Notes under the pieces: generated by a model
The model's database searches: none
Seen by the model: only the letters and a program-made list of their open reading frames with translations
What the model was told of the DNA's origin: nothing
Assembly: GCF_024521635.1 (NCBI RefSeq)
Contig: NW_026250408.1
Location: forward strand, 806,001 to 870,000
Source of the DNA: Tricharina praecox
Taxonomy: Eukaryota
Reading direction: 5' to 3'
Length of the DNA stretch: 64,000 bases
Shown: positions 37,554 to 52,824 of the stretch, one piece after another
Numbering within the stretch: position 1 is the first letter of the stretch
Layout of the letters: every line of letters starts with the position of its first letter
Program-made: the position numbers and the translations under genes

Positions 37554-40500
37554 CGAAGGTTAAAAATGACTGTTGAGGCTGAGTCGGCACAAAAAGGGAA
37601 ATTTCCCCACGAAACACGTTAGCTCAGAACAGGACACTCTCTCGTCACCATTGATCGCACGGCCTGGACCGGCATGTGGGTAGGGTATTAAGAGTGCAGA
37701 CGGGAGTGTGTGGTAGGCGTGTAAGTATGAATGGCTGGAGCGTGGGTTGTGTGGTATCGGAGAAAGCGAGAGTGGTGTGGACGAGGAAAGGGCAGGGCAG
37801 TAGATGGGAGAGTGAACCTGTCGCGCGGGCGGGACGGGGAGACACCAGTAGCGATGGCGAGACCACGGCGCGGCAGCACGCGCGAAGCAGGAGAGAGCCC
37901 ACAACACCCGCCTTCGGGGGGGGGGATGGGAGGGCCGCCACAGGGCACACGACGGGACACACAGAAGCGCCAGTTGCCGGGGCGGGCAGCCAGGATAGCG
38001 ACGGATGCGGGAGGGGCAAGGGAACGAATCACGATCCGGTTACGGCGCGCGCGATCCGTCTAAGATGTGATTATGTATGTGTGTGTGGGTGTGTGTGCGA
38101 GTAGGGATGGGCAGGCGGCGGCGATAGGGAAAGGGAAAACCTGGGCGATCGGGGGGGGGAGGGTACGGGGGGACGGGCCATACAAGAGCAGATGGATGCG
38201 ACGGGTTGGCAGACAGCCAGACGGATTCTTGTTCCTTCCTCCAGTTCTTTTCTCGGCGCCGCAAGGGATAAGACTCGGGCGGAGCGGATGGGGGTGGGAG
38301 CGGAGAGGCAGGAAGGGAGGGTCGGGCGGAGGTAGGTAGGGAGGGAAGTAGGGAGGAAGGGAGGGAGTGACGGCACGGCAAGGCAGCAGCAGATCGGGGG
38401 CGAACAGCGCGGCAGCGGCAAGCAGAGGCAGTAGCCGTAGTGGCAGCTGGCAGTCCCCTATGTACCGGGTAGTGCAGGCTCGGGAAGTACGGGATATCTA
38501 TGTAGAGAATCTAGTGAAGCAGGAGACGAGCGAGCCGCAGCCGACTGATATCCAGTGTCCGTCTAACGGTTCCGCCTGGGCAGCTTTGGGTGTGGAGGGG
38601 GTTATGGGGGAAGAGGGAGTGTGGGTGTGGGTGTGGTGGAAAGGGACAGGACGAAGCGAAAGGGGGATTCGGGGGTGGAGGGAATTGCAGCCGAACGGAG
38701 GGAGCGAACGATGGTTTCGTTCGATCGAACACGGGCCGAAGGAGACGGAGACGGGGAATTCCCGTCGATAATAAAAAATAAAATACACAAAGGACTCGGA
38801 ACGGGGTGTGGAGTGGGAAGGGGGGGAGGTTACTGACCACAGGATACGCGTTTCCACCAAAGACGTCTCGTGCTGGATCTGAGCGAAGGCAGCGGGCGGG
38901 GGGGTATGAGTTGGGAAATAGTAGCAGCAGCAAGCAGCAGCAGCGCAGGTTGCACGAGCAGCAAGCAGCAAAGCAGCAGCGGCAGACAGACAGCGCAGTT
39001 GAAAGTAGAGTAGAGTAGAGCAGTACGGTAGTGGAGATAGGCGCTGAGTTTCTCCTAGGTGTCTTGTCTGTCTGTCTGAGCCGAGTGGGCGAGGCGAGTT
39101 GCGACCACCACCACCACCACCGACCACCGGCCACCGACCACCTCCCAGCAAGGGGAAGAAAGCCCGGTTCCCAGCCAACCAGCTGCCACCTGCCAGCTCC
39201 CCTACAAAAAAAAAAAAAAAAAAGAAGGCCCACTTTTCGGAGTCGGCCAGCGGTGGTGTTCAGGCTGGCGGGCCACGACAAGGCCACCAACCACAAAGCA
39301 CCTGCTTCAGTACTAGTGACCGCACTACTCTGCTCAAGCAACTTCTCTACTCAGCAAGGCGCGGCAGATTGACGATTCCAGCGCAGCCATACGGCTGAGT
39401 ACGGTAGAGTGCATACCCAAGTAGGCAAGTAACTACCGTACTTACTCATTCGCCGACAGAAAAGAACCCCCGAACCCACTGCTAGAGGTAGTACTGCAGA
39501 GTGCAGACAGGACCTTTAGGCTTAGGCGTGAAGCAGCCGCCTTTTATCCCATCTCGGCTCCTTTCTTCAGTCCACTCTCAGAATCCCCGAGGGCCTCGAA
39601 CCAACCACCGCCAAGCCGCTCGCCACACTAAGGTTCCGCCACAGTGCGGCTCGTTTCACGCATCATCACTCGCTCGTATGCCAAGCCGTCCTATCTAGTA
39701 GATAAAACGAACGGCCCGTCCGGCGTGAACATCTTTCGGTGAGCCGGACTCGACACTCCGGAGCAGAGCCATCGAGGTCCAAGCCCCCCGGGACGGAGGC
39801 CGAAGGCCGGAAGGCGAACGAGTGAGGAGAAGTGAACTTCTTCGGCCGGTCGATAAGGCTGAAGCACTGTACATAATAGTATATATATATATGCAGAGCA
39901 CCTTCGGAGCTTCAGACTGCGGCATACTCTACACACATACATACCGTGGAGGGAGGGTTGCCCTTACCCCACAAACCTGGTGTGAGATGCGTACATACAG
40001 CTACAGCTATGCATACAGCTCCGCTACATAGAGTACTCGGGTGCAAGGGTAAGTGGTGCACCCCATTAAGCACTATTTGGTAGTGGTGGTGATGCACGAC
40101 TTTTCCTCACACCCGAGTACCTAGCCCATGTGTGCGTATGCACGTAGGCACGGGATAAACTCGACAACATCGGCTTCCTTCCTGATGACCTGCGGATGGA
40201 CTATGTATGCAGAATGAACAGGATGGAAGTTTGAATGGCCGATAATTCCGATTCGAGGGATCGTGGAGTACGGTAGAGTAGCTTCACACGAAACAACACT
40301 ACAGTAGACAGCGCGACGTGCTAGTAATAGTATAGTAGTGCAAAGAAAGACCGTGATCGCTCTCAATCCCACATGTGACAGGATGCCACATGGATGATGG
40401 CAGAGGATCCCTCGGACGTGCCAGAAGAAACAGATAAAATGTGCGAACGCAACGTAAAGCAACGTAGAGCAACCCTGAACCGACGATACCGGTATCCACT

Positions 40501-41273
40501 CGGCATGAGCTCGTACACACTGCTTATGTCCTTATTAAACTCCCATGTACACATGGCCTGAATAGCAATGCAACATTCCCCATCGTTCTGCGGCCGTCGC
40601 TTCTCTTCTTGCCCCAGAAGTAAGCGCGCAGAATAGGTGCTGCTGCGCACGGAGAGTGAGCGTGAGTGAGCGAGGTAGGGGGAAGTGGATGAGAATCAAT
40701 CCGAGTGGCCAGATAACACCGCGAGACAGAGCTGAAGGGTATGTAGTAAAAGGAAACGCAGTGAGGATCAGGAACGGCCGATACCGTACGCATTGACCGG
40801 CTTTGTTAGAAGCGCTGAGTGGGCGAGCAAGCGGTGGAGTCGTCGCAGTCGTCGCAGTCAATCCCGTTGCTTGCTGCAGCTTTCGAGTCGAGAGCAGCAG
40901 GGGGAGAAAAAAAAAGAAAAAAAGAAAAGAAACAGAGCCCCACAGTCCACTGTCGTCCGTTGTCCCCCCTGTTGCGCCCGTCTGTGGCCGACGGCCGTTT
41001 GCTTACTTCGATACCTTCTCACCACCCAGTGCGCGCGCACTCCGTCCTTTGGCCACTGGCCAGACATGATAGGTGCCGAGGAACGATGATGAGCGAACAG
41101 AACCACCGGTTTCCATGCCATTCGAAAATCGCAGCATAGCAAACACCCCGGGCCAGTCCCGAGTTTGCAAGCAAGATGCACCGCTTAACTATCGTCCCCT
41201 ACCTACGGCATGGAAGGAGAAGCTTCGGGAGCTGTCCGTCCTATCGTTCTCGTCCGCGCCAGCTCGGGTGTTG

Positions 41274-41274
<1 letters not shown>

Positions 41275-41370
<96 letters not shown>
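41275..41370. repeat. (CAT)32 trinucleotide microsatellite with one CAC
   Basis: Direct count; interruption at 41326-41328. Confidence 0.95.
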
Positions 41371-41371
<1 letters not shown>

Positions 41372-43219
41372 GCAAGAATCGGAAGAATCCACATGCGCGC
41401 GAAAGGCAGTTCAGCCGACTGGTCTCCATCGTCACCGTCGTCGTCGAGATGATCCCCCCGCGGCGTATCATCCTACATAGACCTCGACCCCACGGCGAGT
41501 GCAAACGCTAAAAATGTGCTAGTAGTTAACGCTCACGACCGCCCGTGAAGATGAAGGAAGCGGGATGGGAGCAAGGGAGGGACAGAGGGGCACTCTGAGC
41601 AGTGGTGGAGTGGAGTGGGTTGGATCTTCCCTCCCCGCTCCACTACCTTCAATACCTACAGTACAGGGATGGTGGCCTGGCTGGCTGGTTGGCCGCTGGT
41701 GGCTGTATATAGAGGTCTCAGGTATGTATGTAAATCGCTCGCATACGGGAACGTGTGGGGAAACCATCAATCCACTAGGCACATATATCCTCCATGGCGG
41801 CAGACGATCCGGACTGTATCGTGAATCAAACTTGAGGGGATCTCGGCAACGACATCAAACGCCAAAAAGCAGGACCGAGATCCCTCCTCCTCAACGGTTG
41901 AACGACGCCACTTTCACCGACCAACCACTCGGACTCTGGAGCACAGCACAGCGGAGCGGAGTATCTGCTGCTGCTGCCGGCGCCGGGCATAGGTATATGC
42001 AGTGGCACTTGACTTGACTTGCACCGACGAACGAACGGACGGACGGACACGTTTATGTATTGTACATGGCAACTCGCCTCGAACTGGGTATGATATGTAG
42101 GATACCAAACTCATCCAGACACATAATACATGCGCAGCTCGCTCACCATGCGGACTCGAACAGGTGTGGACCACCTCTATCTCGCCGTCTCCGGGACTGC
42201 CGGTGTGCTGGCTCCGAAGCGCGATCTTGAATCTTGAGTTCCTCCGGCCGGTATATAGAGTGCGAGATAGACTACGACTACATGTGAGATCCAACACTCC
42301 GATCGTTAGATAGAGTTTCCCATTACTCGTAGTTAAGCACGGCCAAGCCAATGTTTGCTTTGCTTTGCTAGTTCCTGCTTTTAGCGCGAACCACCACCAC
42401 CACGCTGCAGCGCCATGGCAGTAATAAATAAAACGAGCATTGATAGCACAATTGATAGCACATCCATGATCCAACGGCGCCTGCAGGAATAGATTCCCTT
42501 CCCTTCCCGTCCCAGTAGGGATATAGCTACCGGAGATGGGACGGTGGCTGCCATGAAAGCTATGAGGTATGTAGAGTACAAGACGTTAACTAGGGCCAGG
42601 GCTCCTCTTCGGGGCATCCGAATCACGATCGAGATGACCAAAAGTGCACTGTGCATCTTCTCGATGCCGTAGCTGAACAGTGCTTCGCGGACTTTGGCGC
42701 GAATTCCGTAGCGGTAGTAGGTGCGCTCATTCTCCAATTGGGATCACCAAATGGGATGGTTTTTTTTGGGCTCGTCGTTCTGTAGGGTACTCCATTCTAC
42801 CTATTTGGCCGTGACAGTTTTAAGTGTAATACAAGCTCCGTATCCCTCCCCCTCCATCACTGGACTTCAAAATGTCCGGCCTGATTGGGATTCACCCTCT
42901 CACCATTATCCTGCACAGTACAAACGACAAATCATTAGATGTAGAAACATTTATCTCGCCCTCGATGGTTGGGTGTCGAGTGATGCATCGTGAATAGGTG
43001 TGGAATCACTGACCAAACCTCCCCCTCCCGGTCCTGTCATTGCTCTCGAATGGAGTGCCCGAAGCTTTATGACGTGCATAGCAATATCCCTATCGCATGA
43101 CTGAGCAATGAAACATGCAACTACATTGCTATTGAATCGAATAGAATAAATACCAACTCCCAACGCCCACGGCAATTCCTCCCGGAATATGCATACATGT
43201 ATAGCCTTCCTCCTTCCTC

Positions 43220-44104
43220 CTACCCATCTCCGCCACGTCCCTTCCTCACCGGCGGCGGCGGAGTATCCAACGGTTTCTCGGACGGCGGTGGCAGCAGCAA
43301 CTTCCCCCCCCCCTTATCCCCCGGCGCGTTTCTGAACCTCTTGCCCGCATCAACCGGATCCCTCATGATAAGGAACCTCCTAACCCTCTCCTCACGCCCA
43401 TCGACGCCAGCCTCCCTTCTTCTCCTCGCGAGGTCCTGTCCCAGCATAACACTCCTCTTTTCGCCCATCTCGACGGCCTGCTCGCTCTTCCCGCCCACAT
43501 AATTCAGCTCGGCGAGCGAGCCGACACACGCCAGGATCACGACGATGGTAACGAACGCGCCGTTGTTCGTGAGCAAAGGCTTTTGCGGCGGATGATCCCG
43601 CGCTGCTCGCCACCGCTCCCAGTCCTCCCAGTTCCCGTTCGCAGCCGTGTCATCGGGCCCGCCGCGCCCGTACGCGTGCGCGAACTCGGACGCGAACGGC
43701 GAGTGCCCCTCGCGCTGCTGCCACCATTTCGCGGACTCTGGGGTCAGTGGCTGTGAGCCCAAGGCGCCAGGGGGCGCATGGTGCCAGCCCGCACCGTAGC
43801 GGTCGTAGGCGGCGCGCCGCGAGGGGTCGCAGAGTAGGCGATGCGCGGTGACGGTCAGCCGGAAGCGCTCAAGGTGCGAAGTGTGGGAGCGCAGGTGGTG
43901 GTGCCGGTGGTCCGGGTGGTATAGCTTGATCAGCTCGAGGTAGCGCGTCTTGGTGTACACGCCTTTCGGCGGGATCTCGAGGATGTCGTACGGTGTGGGG
44001 TGCGTGTGCGTCGGCCAGCGGTAGGGGTCGGAGGTGTCGACGGTGGCATAGTTGCGGGTGCGGGGGCGGAACGGGGTTAGGCGGATGAGTGTGCGTCGGA
44101 GCAT
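43220..44104 (-). CDS. JID1: Mitochondrial J-domain protein (Jid1-like)
   Basis: Presequence MLRRTLIRLTPFRPRTRNYA, WP..PTPYDIL, YHPD, AHRLL..RRAAYD, NGNWEDW, one TM helix; upstream in-frame ATGs exist but look less likely. Confidence 0.8.
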   Translation of the reverse strand: MLRRTLIRLTPFRPRTRNYATVDTSDPYRWPTHTHPTPYDILEIPPKGVYTKTRYLELIKLYHPDHRHHHLRSHTSHLERFRLTVTAHRLLCDPSRRAAYDRYGAGWHHAPPGALGSQPLTPESAKWWQQREGHSPFASEFAHAYGRGGPDDTAANGNWEDWERWRAARDHPPQKPLLTNNGAFVTIVVILACVGSLAELNYVGGKSEQAVEMGEKRSVMLGQDLARRRREAGVDGREERVRRFLIMRDPVDAGKRFRNAPGDKGGGKLLLPPPSEKPLDTPPPPVRKGRGGDG

Positions 44105-44508
44105 CGAGTGGTGATCATTGAGGAGTGGGAGGACGGATGGCGATGGTGGTGATAATGTTCTGCTGCAGGTTATGACCGTGCCACACGCGATCGCGGGGTG
44201 TTTTCGGGGTACGGGGCTATCGAGATGACGTCGATACTTCAGTGTATACTTTGGTACATACATTGTATCCGACGGGTAGGTATGAAAATAATCCCAACCC
44301 ACCGAACTCGAATGGATTTCATTAAAACACCTTACACTGGAAAAGCAAAAGTCCACTGCCACCCATATAATACAGACTCACCAAGAAGAGGGAGAAGAAA
44401 ACACGATGAAAAGAAAATATTTTGAACTGCCAGGCACCCGGTTGGCGGAACGAACGAATGGATGTGCTAGCACGTGAAAGAAAAACCGGACAAGTAGTGT
44501 GAAAGCAG

Positions 44509-46829
44509 CTATCCCTCCACTTTGATCTCTAAATCCCCATTCATTGGAATTACAGGCAAGTCGGCAGTCTGCAGTCTCACCTTCATCTCCAACCACGTGA
44601 AGAAGCTTGGAGACCTGCAGAATTTTCGATAGAAGGCTTCCGCGGTCCGGTGACGAAGGTAGCTGGTTTTTCCCTTGAATGCCACAGAGCAGCCGTGTTT
44701 TGATAGACTATCCAAAAAGTCCTCTTCCGAAAAACTTCCCATGTCGATTACGCTCGAGTCCGGCGTCGAGGAGGTTAGAGTAGCCAGGTATCGGTTCAAT
44801 GGTGCCAGGAACAATGCCGAGAGAAGAGCAAAGTGGCGGCGCACGAATCTACTGACATCTTGGGCTGGGGATAGTCAGTAAATATACGATGAGACTCGCG
44901 GCTGATCTGGACTCACGTGAGCTTTCTGGGTCTTTGAGTAGCACGTCCAGCTTGCGCAGGAAGGTCAGGTCCTTGGCGATGTATCCTTTGCTTTCATTGG
45001 GTACCACATGGGAAGCTTGCTCTGCGCGTTCAATGAACGATGTGTAGAACATCATACCTGATTTCCGTCTGGTGAATCCGGTCAGCACTCGGACGCAGCA
45101 ATGGGAGACCATTCTTACCTCGTTTCCGGACCGGCTAGGTAGACTACGTGTGCCTGGTTGGGTTCTTTCCCCTGGCATTGTATTCGTTTGAGGAAGAAGG
45201 GATTCGTGATGCCAATCAGATAATGTCGCATTGGTAATGATTCTTGTGAATTGGGACAGAAATCTGCAACGTCAGCACGGACCGCCACTAAACCGCTTGG
45301 AGACTCACCAGATTGCATCGTCAGGAATGGCCGAACATCTCCTCCAAACGGCACCGGCCGAATGAGATCCACGACCGAGCTCACAAACTCACTGGCCGTC
45401 CTAGGATCATCCGCCAGAATTACCAGCGGCTCCGAGAGCAGTGCCTACACAGATACTATCAGCCCTATTCTCCGAACAAATGATCAGGCAACATACACGT
45501 TCGAAGATGATGTAAAGCTCCGACAGAGACGTGAGCATATGCGCCAGTCTCGCCCAGCTTCCCGTTGGTGCAGCAGCGTGGACCTCCTTGAACTCCACGC
45601 GCAGATCCGCGCTGGACGAGTGCGACATGACGCCCTGGAGCGGAAACGAATTATGAAGCGGTCTACCGTCACCATCAGCCTTCATTATCACCCGCAAGAC
45701 CGGGGCCTCCAACGCACATGTGAACCTCCAGTATCTCTCCCAGGAACGGTAACTCTTTGATCCCAATCTCCGGTGGTCCCCACGCAGCAATATTCGAACA
45801 AGCGCTCTCACAGAGAGCTGGGCTCACGGCGAACTCCAGCATCGACACAGTCTGCACGATGTGGCTGAATAGCGGCGGGAACTCATGTTGCGACACCAGG
45901 ATCAATGACTTTTGTCTGTAGTGCCGCTTCACCGAGATGTCCCGCTTTTGTCGGAATAAACAGTAGCCGTACCAATGTGCCGGGTCTTCCGTGGGGCCTA
46001 CGGTCACGTCGGGAGAGGTGTGCCGGAATTTGAAGTGGAAGGCAGAGTCTTCGATTATGGCGTCGGGGTTGTTTTTCTCGGGGAAGCTATAGCCAGATAC
46101 GATGTCAATCGACGAGGAATGGAAGGAGGGACGGAGGAAGAGGGATCACAGACCTGCTGAAGCAGATTGTCTGGATGTCTGTTGTTGAGAGGTTTGTTGA
46201 CGGAAACATGTACTCGACTTCGACACCGACACTACAAGATTATTGTTAGGCGACAGGGCTTCAATTACGACAACGGACAACTTCTACTCACTCAACGTTG
46301 AAGTCGCATACTACACTTTAACCCCGCAATCCGTAAGCATTTACTACTTTGGAGAGATATAATATCTACGCGCCTGTGTGGGGAAGGGCGGGGGAGGGTC
46401 TAGCATGGCAGCTCACAAAGCAATCATCCATTGTCTCAGAGCGTCCAAGTCGAACGAATAGCTCTTGAGCTCATTGGCGAGAAGGGAAGCCATAAAGACC
46501 GAGTCGTTAACGTCGACAACGTCGTCATGTTCGATAGCCATCTCATTCCGAAAGAATTGCTCAAGCTCGAGATGGAGGGGAAGAGACAGCGGCAGCAGTA
46601 GCAGTAGTGGTTGGTAGTGGTAGTGGTAGTGGTAGTGGTGGTGGTGGGTGGAATAAGGACTGGAATAATTATTGGTCCTGGAGGATGTGGTTGCGGTTGA
46701 TGCGCTGTCATTGTGTGGCTTGAGCGTGGCGCGCACGCTGTGCGACGCGATGCGGGTGCTGCAGTCGGAGATGCTGCAGCAATCATCGCCGCTGTCGTGA
46801 CGGACCAATGATAGACACGTCCAGCGCAT
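44509..46829 (-). CDS. DENND6 (FAM116)-like DENN-domain protein
   Basis: Spliced WMIAFVVCDFNVDVGVEVEYMFP..ICFSSFPE, YGYCLFRQKRD..RHYRQKSL, LLSEPLVI, DVRPFLT, GITNPFF, LRRHFALL, FYRKFCRSPSFFTW; many introns; start 46829 or 46541 uncertain. Confidence 0.82.
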
Positions 46830-47833
46830 GGTGGGAGTGGTGGTGGTGGTGGATGGGTCGTATGTAATTGTGGTTGTTATGATTGTAATTATAGAATTGT
46901 CACTGGAGTCTGGGGGATTCCGTTCTTTCTCTTCTGCGTCTGCTGCTGCTGCTGGCCGTCCGTCTGCCTGAGCGAGGGATTGGGGGACAGAGGGAAGCTG
47001 GCTGCAAGAAGGGGACTCCTGTTGGAGGAGGAGAGACAAAGATCGCCAGTGAGCATGTCATCACCGCTTGGGTGCAGGAAACAGGAAAGTAGGGCATAGG
47101 TTTTCGCTGCGCTACGTCCTCACCGACCCATCCGAGACGGTCCTTCACTCTCCACCGAGGGTTCTTCTCCACAGGGGGAGTCTGTGCACCTCGACTCCAG
47201 ACGAACGGGATGCCGTTCTCAGATATCACCACCTTCAGGCCCCCGGTCCCGAGCTAGGGCTGCAGGAATCCTAACTGACGGGTGTGGCAGATAGGCAAGT
47301 GCAGCAGCACCAAGTCTCGCTTGTGTCGGCCGGGAGAGGGGCTGCTGGTGGTGGTAGTGATGGCGATGGTGGTGGTGATGATGGCACTCATCGTATATAG
47401 GTACTCTACATGGTTATGGTCACTGTGGGGAGTAGGCATGTATAACATGGGCAATCCACTATCGATTGCTTTGGTCTATCCGTCCGTCGGAATGCGGCTC
47501 GCCTCACGAAACATCCATTCCCCGTCACCAACAGGATCCACAAAACAAGCAAGCGATCAAACAGCCCCGCACAAAAGCAATTCGTAGGTATATCTATGCA
47601 TGTGGTGAATGAACAGAAACAGCCCTAGCAAGACCAGCAAAACAAAACATCGAAACAACCGCTGTGTCCGGAGACCACGTCGAAAACATACAAGAGCCAC
47701 GCTTTCAATTGCCCCATGCATCATGATAGCACATTATCACAATCGCCCGTAGTCAACAAAAAGGAAAAGTAAAAAGAGGCCCCTCCATCCCAGCCCAACG
47801 CCCGCCCCCCTCCCCCTTCTTCCCCATTGGTAA

Positions 47834-48815
47834 TCATATCTTGGGAATATGGATTGACTTCGAAACCATCGCGCAACCGCTCACACAGAACATCAGAACG
47901 ACGGGGTGGAACTCCCACAAGCCCTCTCCAACGGTGCCGTATGGGATGTTGTTGAGGATCAGTCCCTGCTTGGCCCAGTACGCCATCAAGAACACGATCG
48001 AGAGAGTGGTTGGGATGGGCGTTCCCTCAAAGTACTTGCTCTTGCCCGTAGCATCCTTGGGCAGCGACTGCACCGTCACGTTGAAGCGTGCCAATCGTGA
48101 CAGACCGCACAGTACGAAGAACGAGAGCAGCACCGTGTCGAGCATGGTGCGGAAGCCGATGGCGAACGCACACGAGGCCGGTGCCATGCCGAAAGAAATC
48201 TACGAAGCACATGTTAGCATAACCGGCCCGTACATTGTAAGGCTTCAAGGGGAATCCGTACAAGATCCGCGAGCGAATCTAACTCCTGTCCCATCAACGA
48301 GCTCTTCTTCCGCCACCGCGCAACCTTGCCGTCCATAAAGTCAAAGAACAGGCCGAGCGGCACAAGCACCATGGCGAGGTACAACTGGTTCAAGTCGGTA
48401 GAATCGCCGAGACAGTAGCGCAGCGACGAGAAGATGCTCATGGCACCACAGAAGCCTATTTTACATCCATATCAGCGACTGCACTCCAGTTTCCGGTCGG
48501 CTGTAGACAAACGAACCATTGAGCTCCGTGATCAGATCCGCGAGATGGAGAGCGCTGAATAGCACAGTCAGTTTCTATCCACCCTACACTACACTACACA
48601 TCCCAGGGCAATGACATACCGAATCATCGAGAAGTGGCGGTCATCGGAGGCCAGGGCGTCGAGCTTCCGCTTATCATCTGCGCCTGTGATTCTCACAATG
48701 TCAGCAAAATCACTCCCATCGTGCTCTTCCTCTCGCCGGACATTCCGATTGTAGTGTACATACTCCGCACCACCGACTCAGCCGGCGAGTTGCCGTTCTT
48801 TCGCTGGGTAGCCAT
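47834..48815 (-). CDS. CHO1: CDP-diacylglycerol:serine O-phosphatidyltransferase (phosphatidylserine synthase)
   Basis: [25 protein letters not shown]-alcohol motif [40 protein letters not shown]; four introns. Confidence 0.95.
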
Positions 48816-49767
48816 ATTTCCTTTGTTCTTGAAATGTGCCTGTGTTTGTAAATCTCCTTCTTTTCTCTCGAGCGCGCGAACGTATGTATATATGGCAGGA
48901 TATTTCGTCGTCTTCGTGTCTCGTTGCGTGGAGGGTTGAGTGTTAGATTCAAGTGAGTGGAGGCTGGAAATGAAATATGTCTTAACGAGGGCGGCAAGGT
49001 TCCCACTTCCATTCACGCGCCAAGCTTTGATTTTAGAAGTGAGGGTGACGTGCACCGGCCAGTGGTCAGCGACCGACCAGCAAGCTTTTTCTTCCCAGTT
49101 TCTTTCTTTCTGGAGGACACAACGCCACGTTCTTTATTGATGGGGTTTTGTAATTCGATATCGATGCGTGCGGAAATAGAAACAAAACATACAAGCACAG
49201 CCTACCCGGTGGTCATTGGTCACCGGATTGGAAGAGGGAACAGAACAACTTGTTACCTGCAGTGGCCGGGGAGCAGAACTCCGCCGTAGGTACTCTACAC
49301 AGCGTCATCGATGGCAACGGCCAGCACATGCAACATCACGCCCTCTCACTCGCATAACCGCCAACTTGTCGCTCGATCACGTCCTAATCCTGGAGAACCC
49401 ACCCCCTAAGCTCTTCGTCGGACATCGCCCAGTCTATCTGTACCTGCGCTGGCTCGGGTACACCGGTACGTGGGGGAGCACCACTGATCTTCCATTGGAG
49501 TTGCCAGTGGGTTTTCTCTGCAGCGGGGGAGGGAGCGCGGGGGGATCGTCGTGCCGACAACAGCAGAGAACCAATACCGAACCGAGGCAGGAAGCGAACC
49601 ATTGCTGCAAAGACATGTTTACTTTCCTTTCCGGAACGCGTCGCTTTTATTTCAAGGGGGGTGGTAGGAAGAAGCCAGTTTAGTTCAGTTCATTCTCCTA
49701 TAAGGGCCTCTTACCGTCTCCAACCTGAACCCCCGCCATCTCCACATGAACCCATCCATCCATCCAT

Positions 49768-50288
49768 CTATAGCTTTCCCTTGACCTCCTCTGCCAGCCC
49801 CTTGAGCCCGTCCATATCCGCCTTCGTCGCCGGCCAGCCCACGATCAATCCCTCCTCCGCACTCGGCTTGGGAATGAAGTGGACATGTACGTGGTCGACC
49901 TCCTGGTGCGCAAGGCGCCCGTTGTTCTGCAGGATATTGTAGTCGGCGCTGCCGACGGCGCGCGCGAGTTTCGCTGCTACCGGGAGAAGCTCCGCGAGCT
50001 CGTCGTCCGGGATCTCGTGCAGCTTTGCGCCGTGCGTTTTGGGGATTACCATCTACACGGGTCAACATGTGTGGCTGGATGCGTAGGTGGGGGAAGGAGA
50101 ACGGACGGCATGCCCACGGGAGAGCGGCTGGATGTCCAGGAACGCCAGGACTTTGGTGGATTCGAAGAGCTGCGCGGTGGGAGGTTAGCTGCTGGATGAC
50201 AGCGCGGAGGGTTCGCGGGGGTGCGCACTTTGAAGCAAGGAATCTCGCCCTTGACGATTTTGCAGAAGATACAGGCTGTGGCGGACAT
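49768..50288 (-). CDS. HNT1: HIT-family nucleotide hydrolase (Hnt1/HINT)
   Basis: CIFCKIVKGEIP, AFLDIQPLSRGH, NILQNNGRLAHQEVDHVHVHFIP (histidine triad); two introns. Confidence 0.95.
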
Positions 50289-50608
50289 GGTTGTGATAGT
50301 TGTGGTTGATGGGTGAGCTGTCGGGCTGTCTGTGGGGGGCGGATTGATGGTGATGAGAATGTGGGGTGCAACGCGATAGTTAAATGACGTAGGGCGGGCC
50401 TCCCCGCGAGGGAATGGATGCCCCGCATTTCGATTGCCATTCTTTACCGAAACATGAGCGGTCAATCGCAACGTCTAACTCGACTCGCATTGTCGCCATG
50501 CCATTAAACCAAGCCATTCTCATCTTACATACATTATAATGTATCCCATCCCTCTTAAGAAGACAAAACCCAAAAAACAAACTACCTTGAAAGGCCTTCC
50601 CTCCAGCT

Positions 50609-52593
<1,985 letters not shown>

Positions 52594-52824
52594 GAACGAA
52601 GTAAAAATGTAGACCGTTTTACTTGGGTTTTCTGTAGAGAAGGAGGGGCAGGGAGGCAAAACTGAGTCTCATATAAAGTGCACCAAGATCACTGTGTGAG
52701 TAGCTTGCAATCAAGATCGCGGGTTGGCATACGCCATAGCAGAATTACCCCCGCCCATGGTTACAATCCAATCCTCCCCCCGCCAACAAGCCCGCCGACG
52801 ACCAACTAGCCCACAACCAAACAA

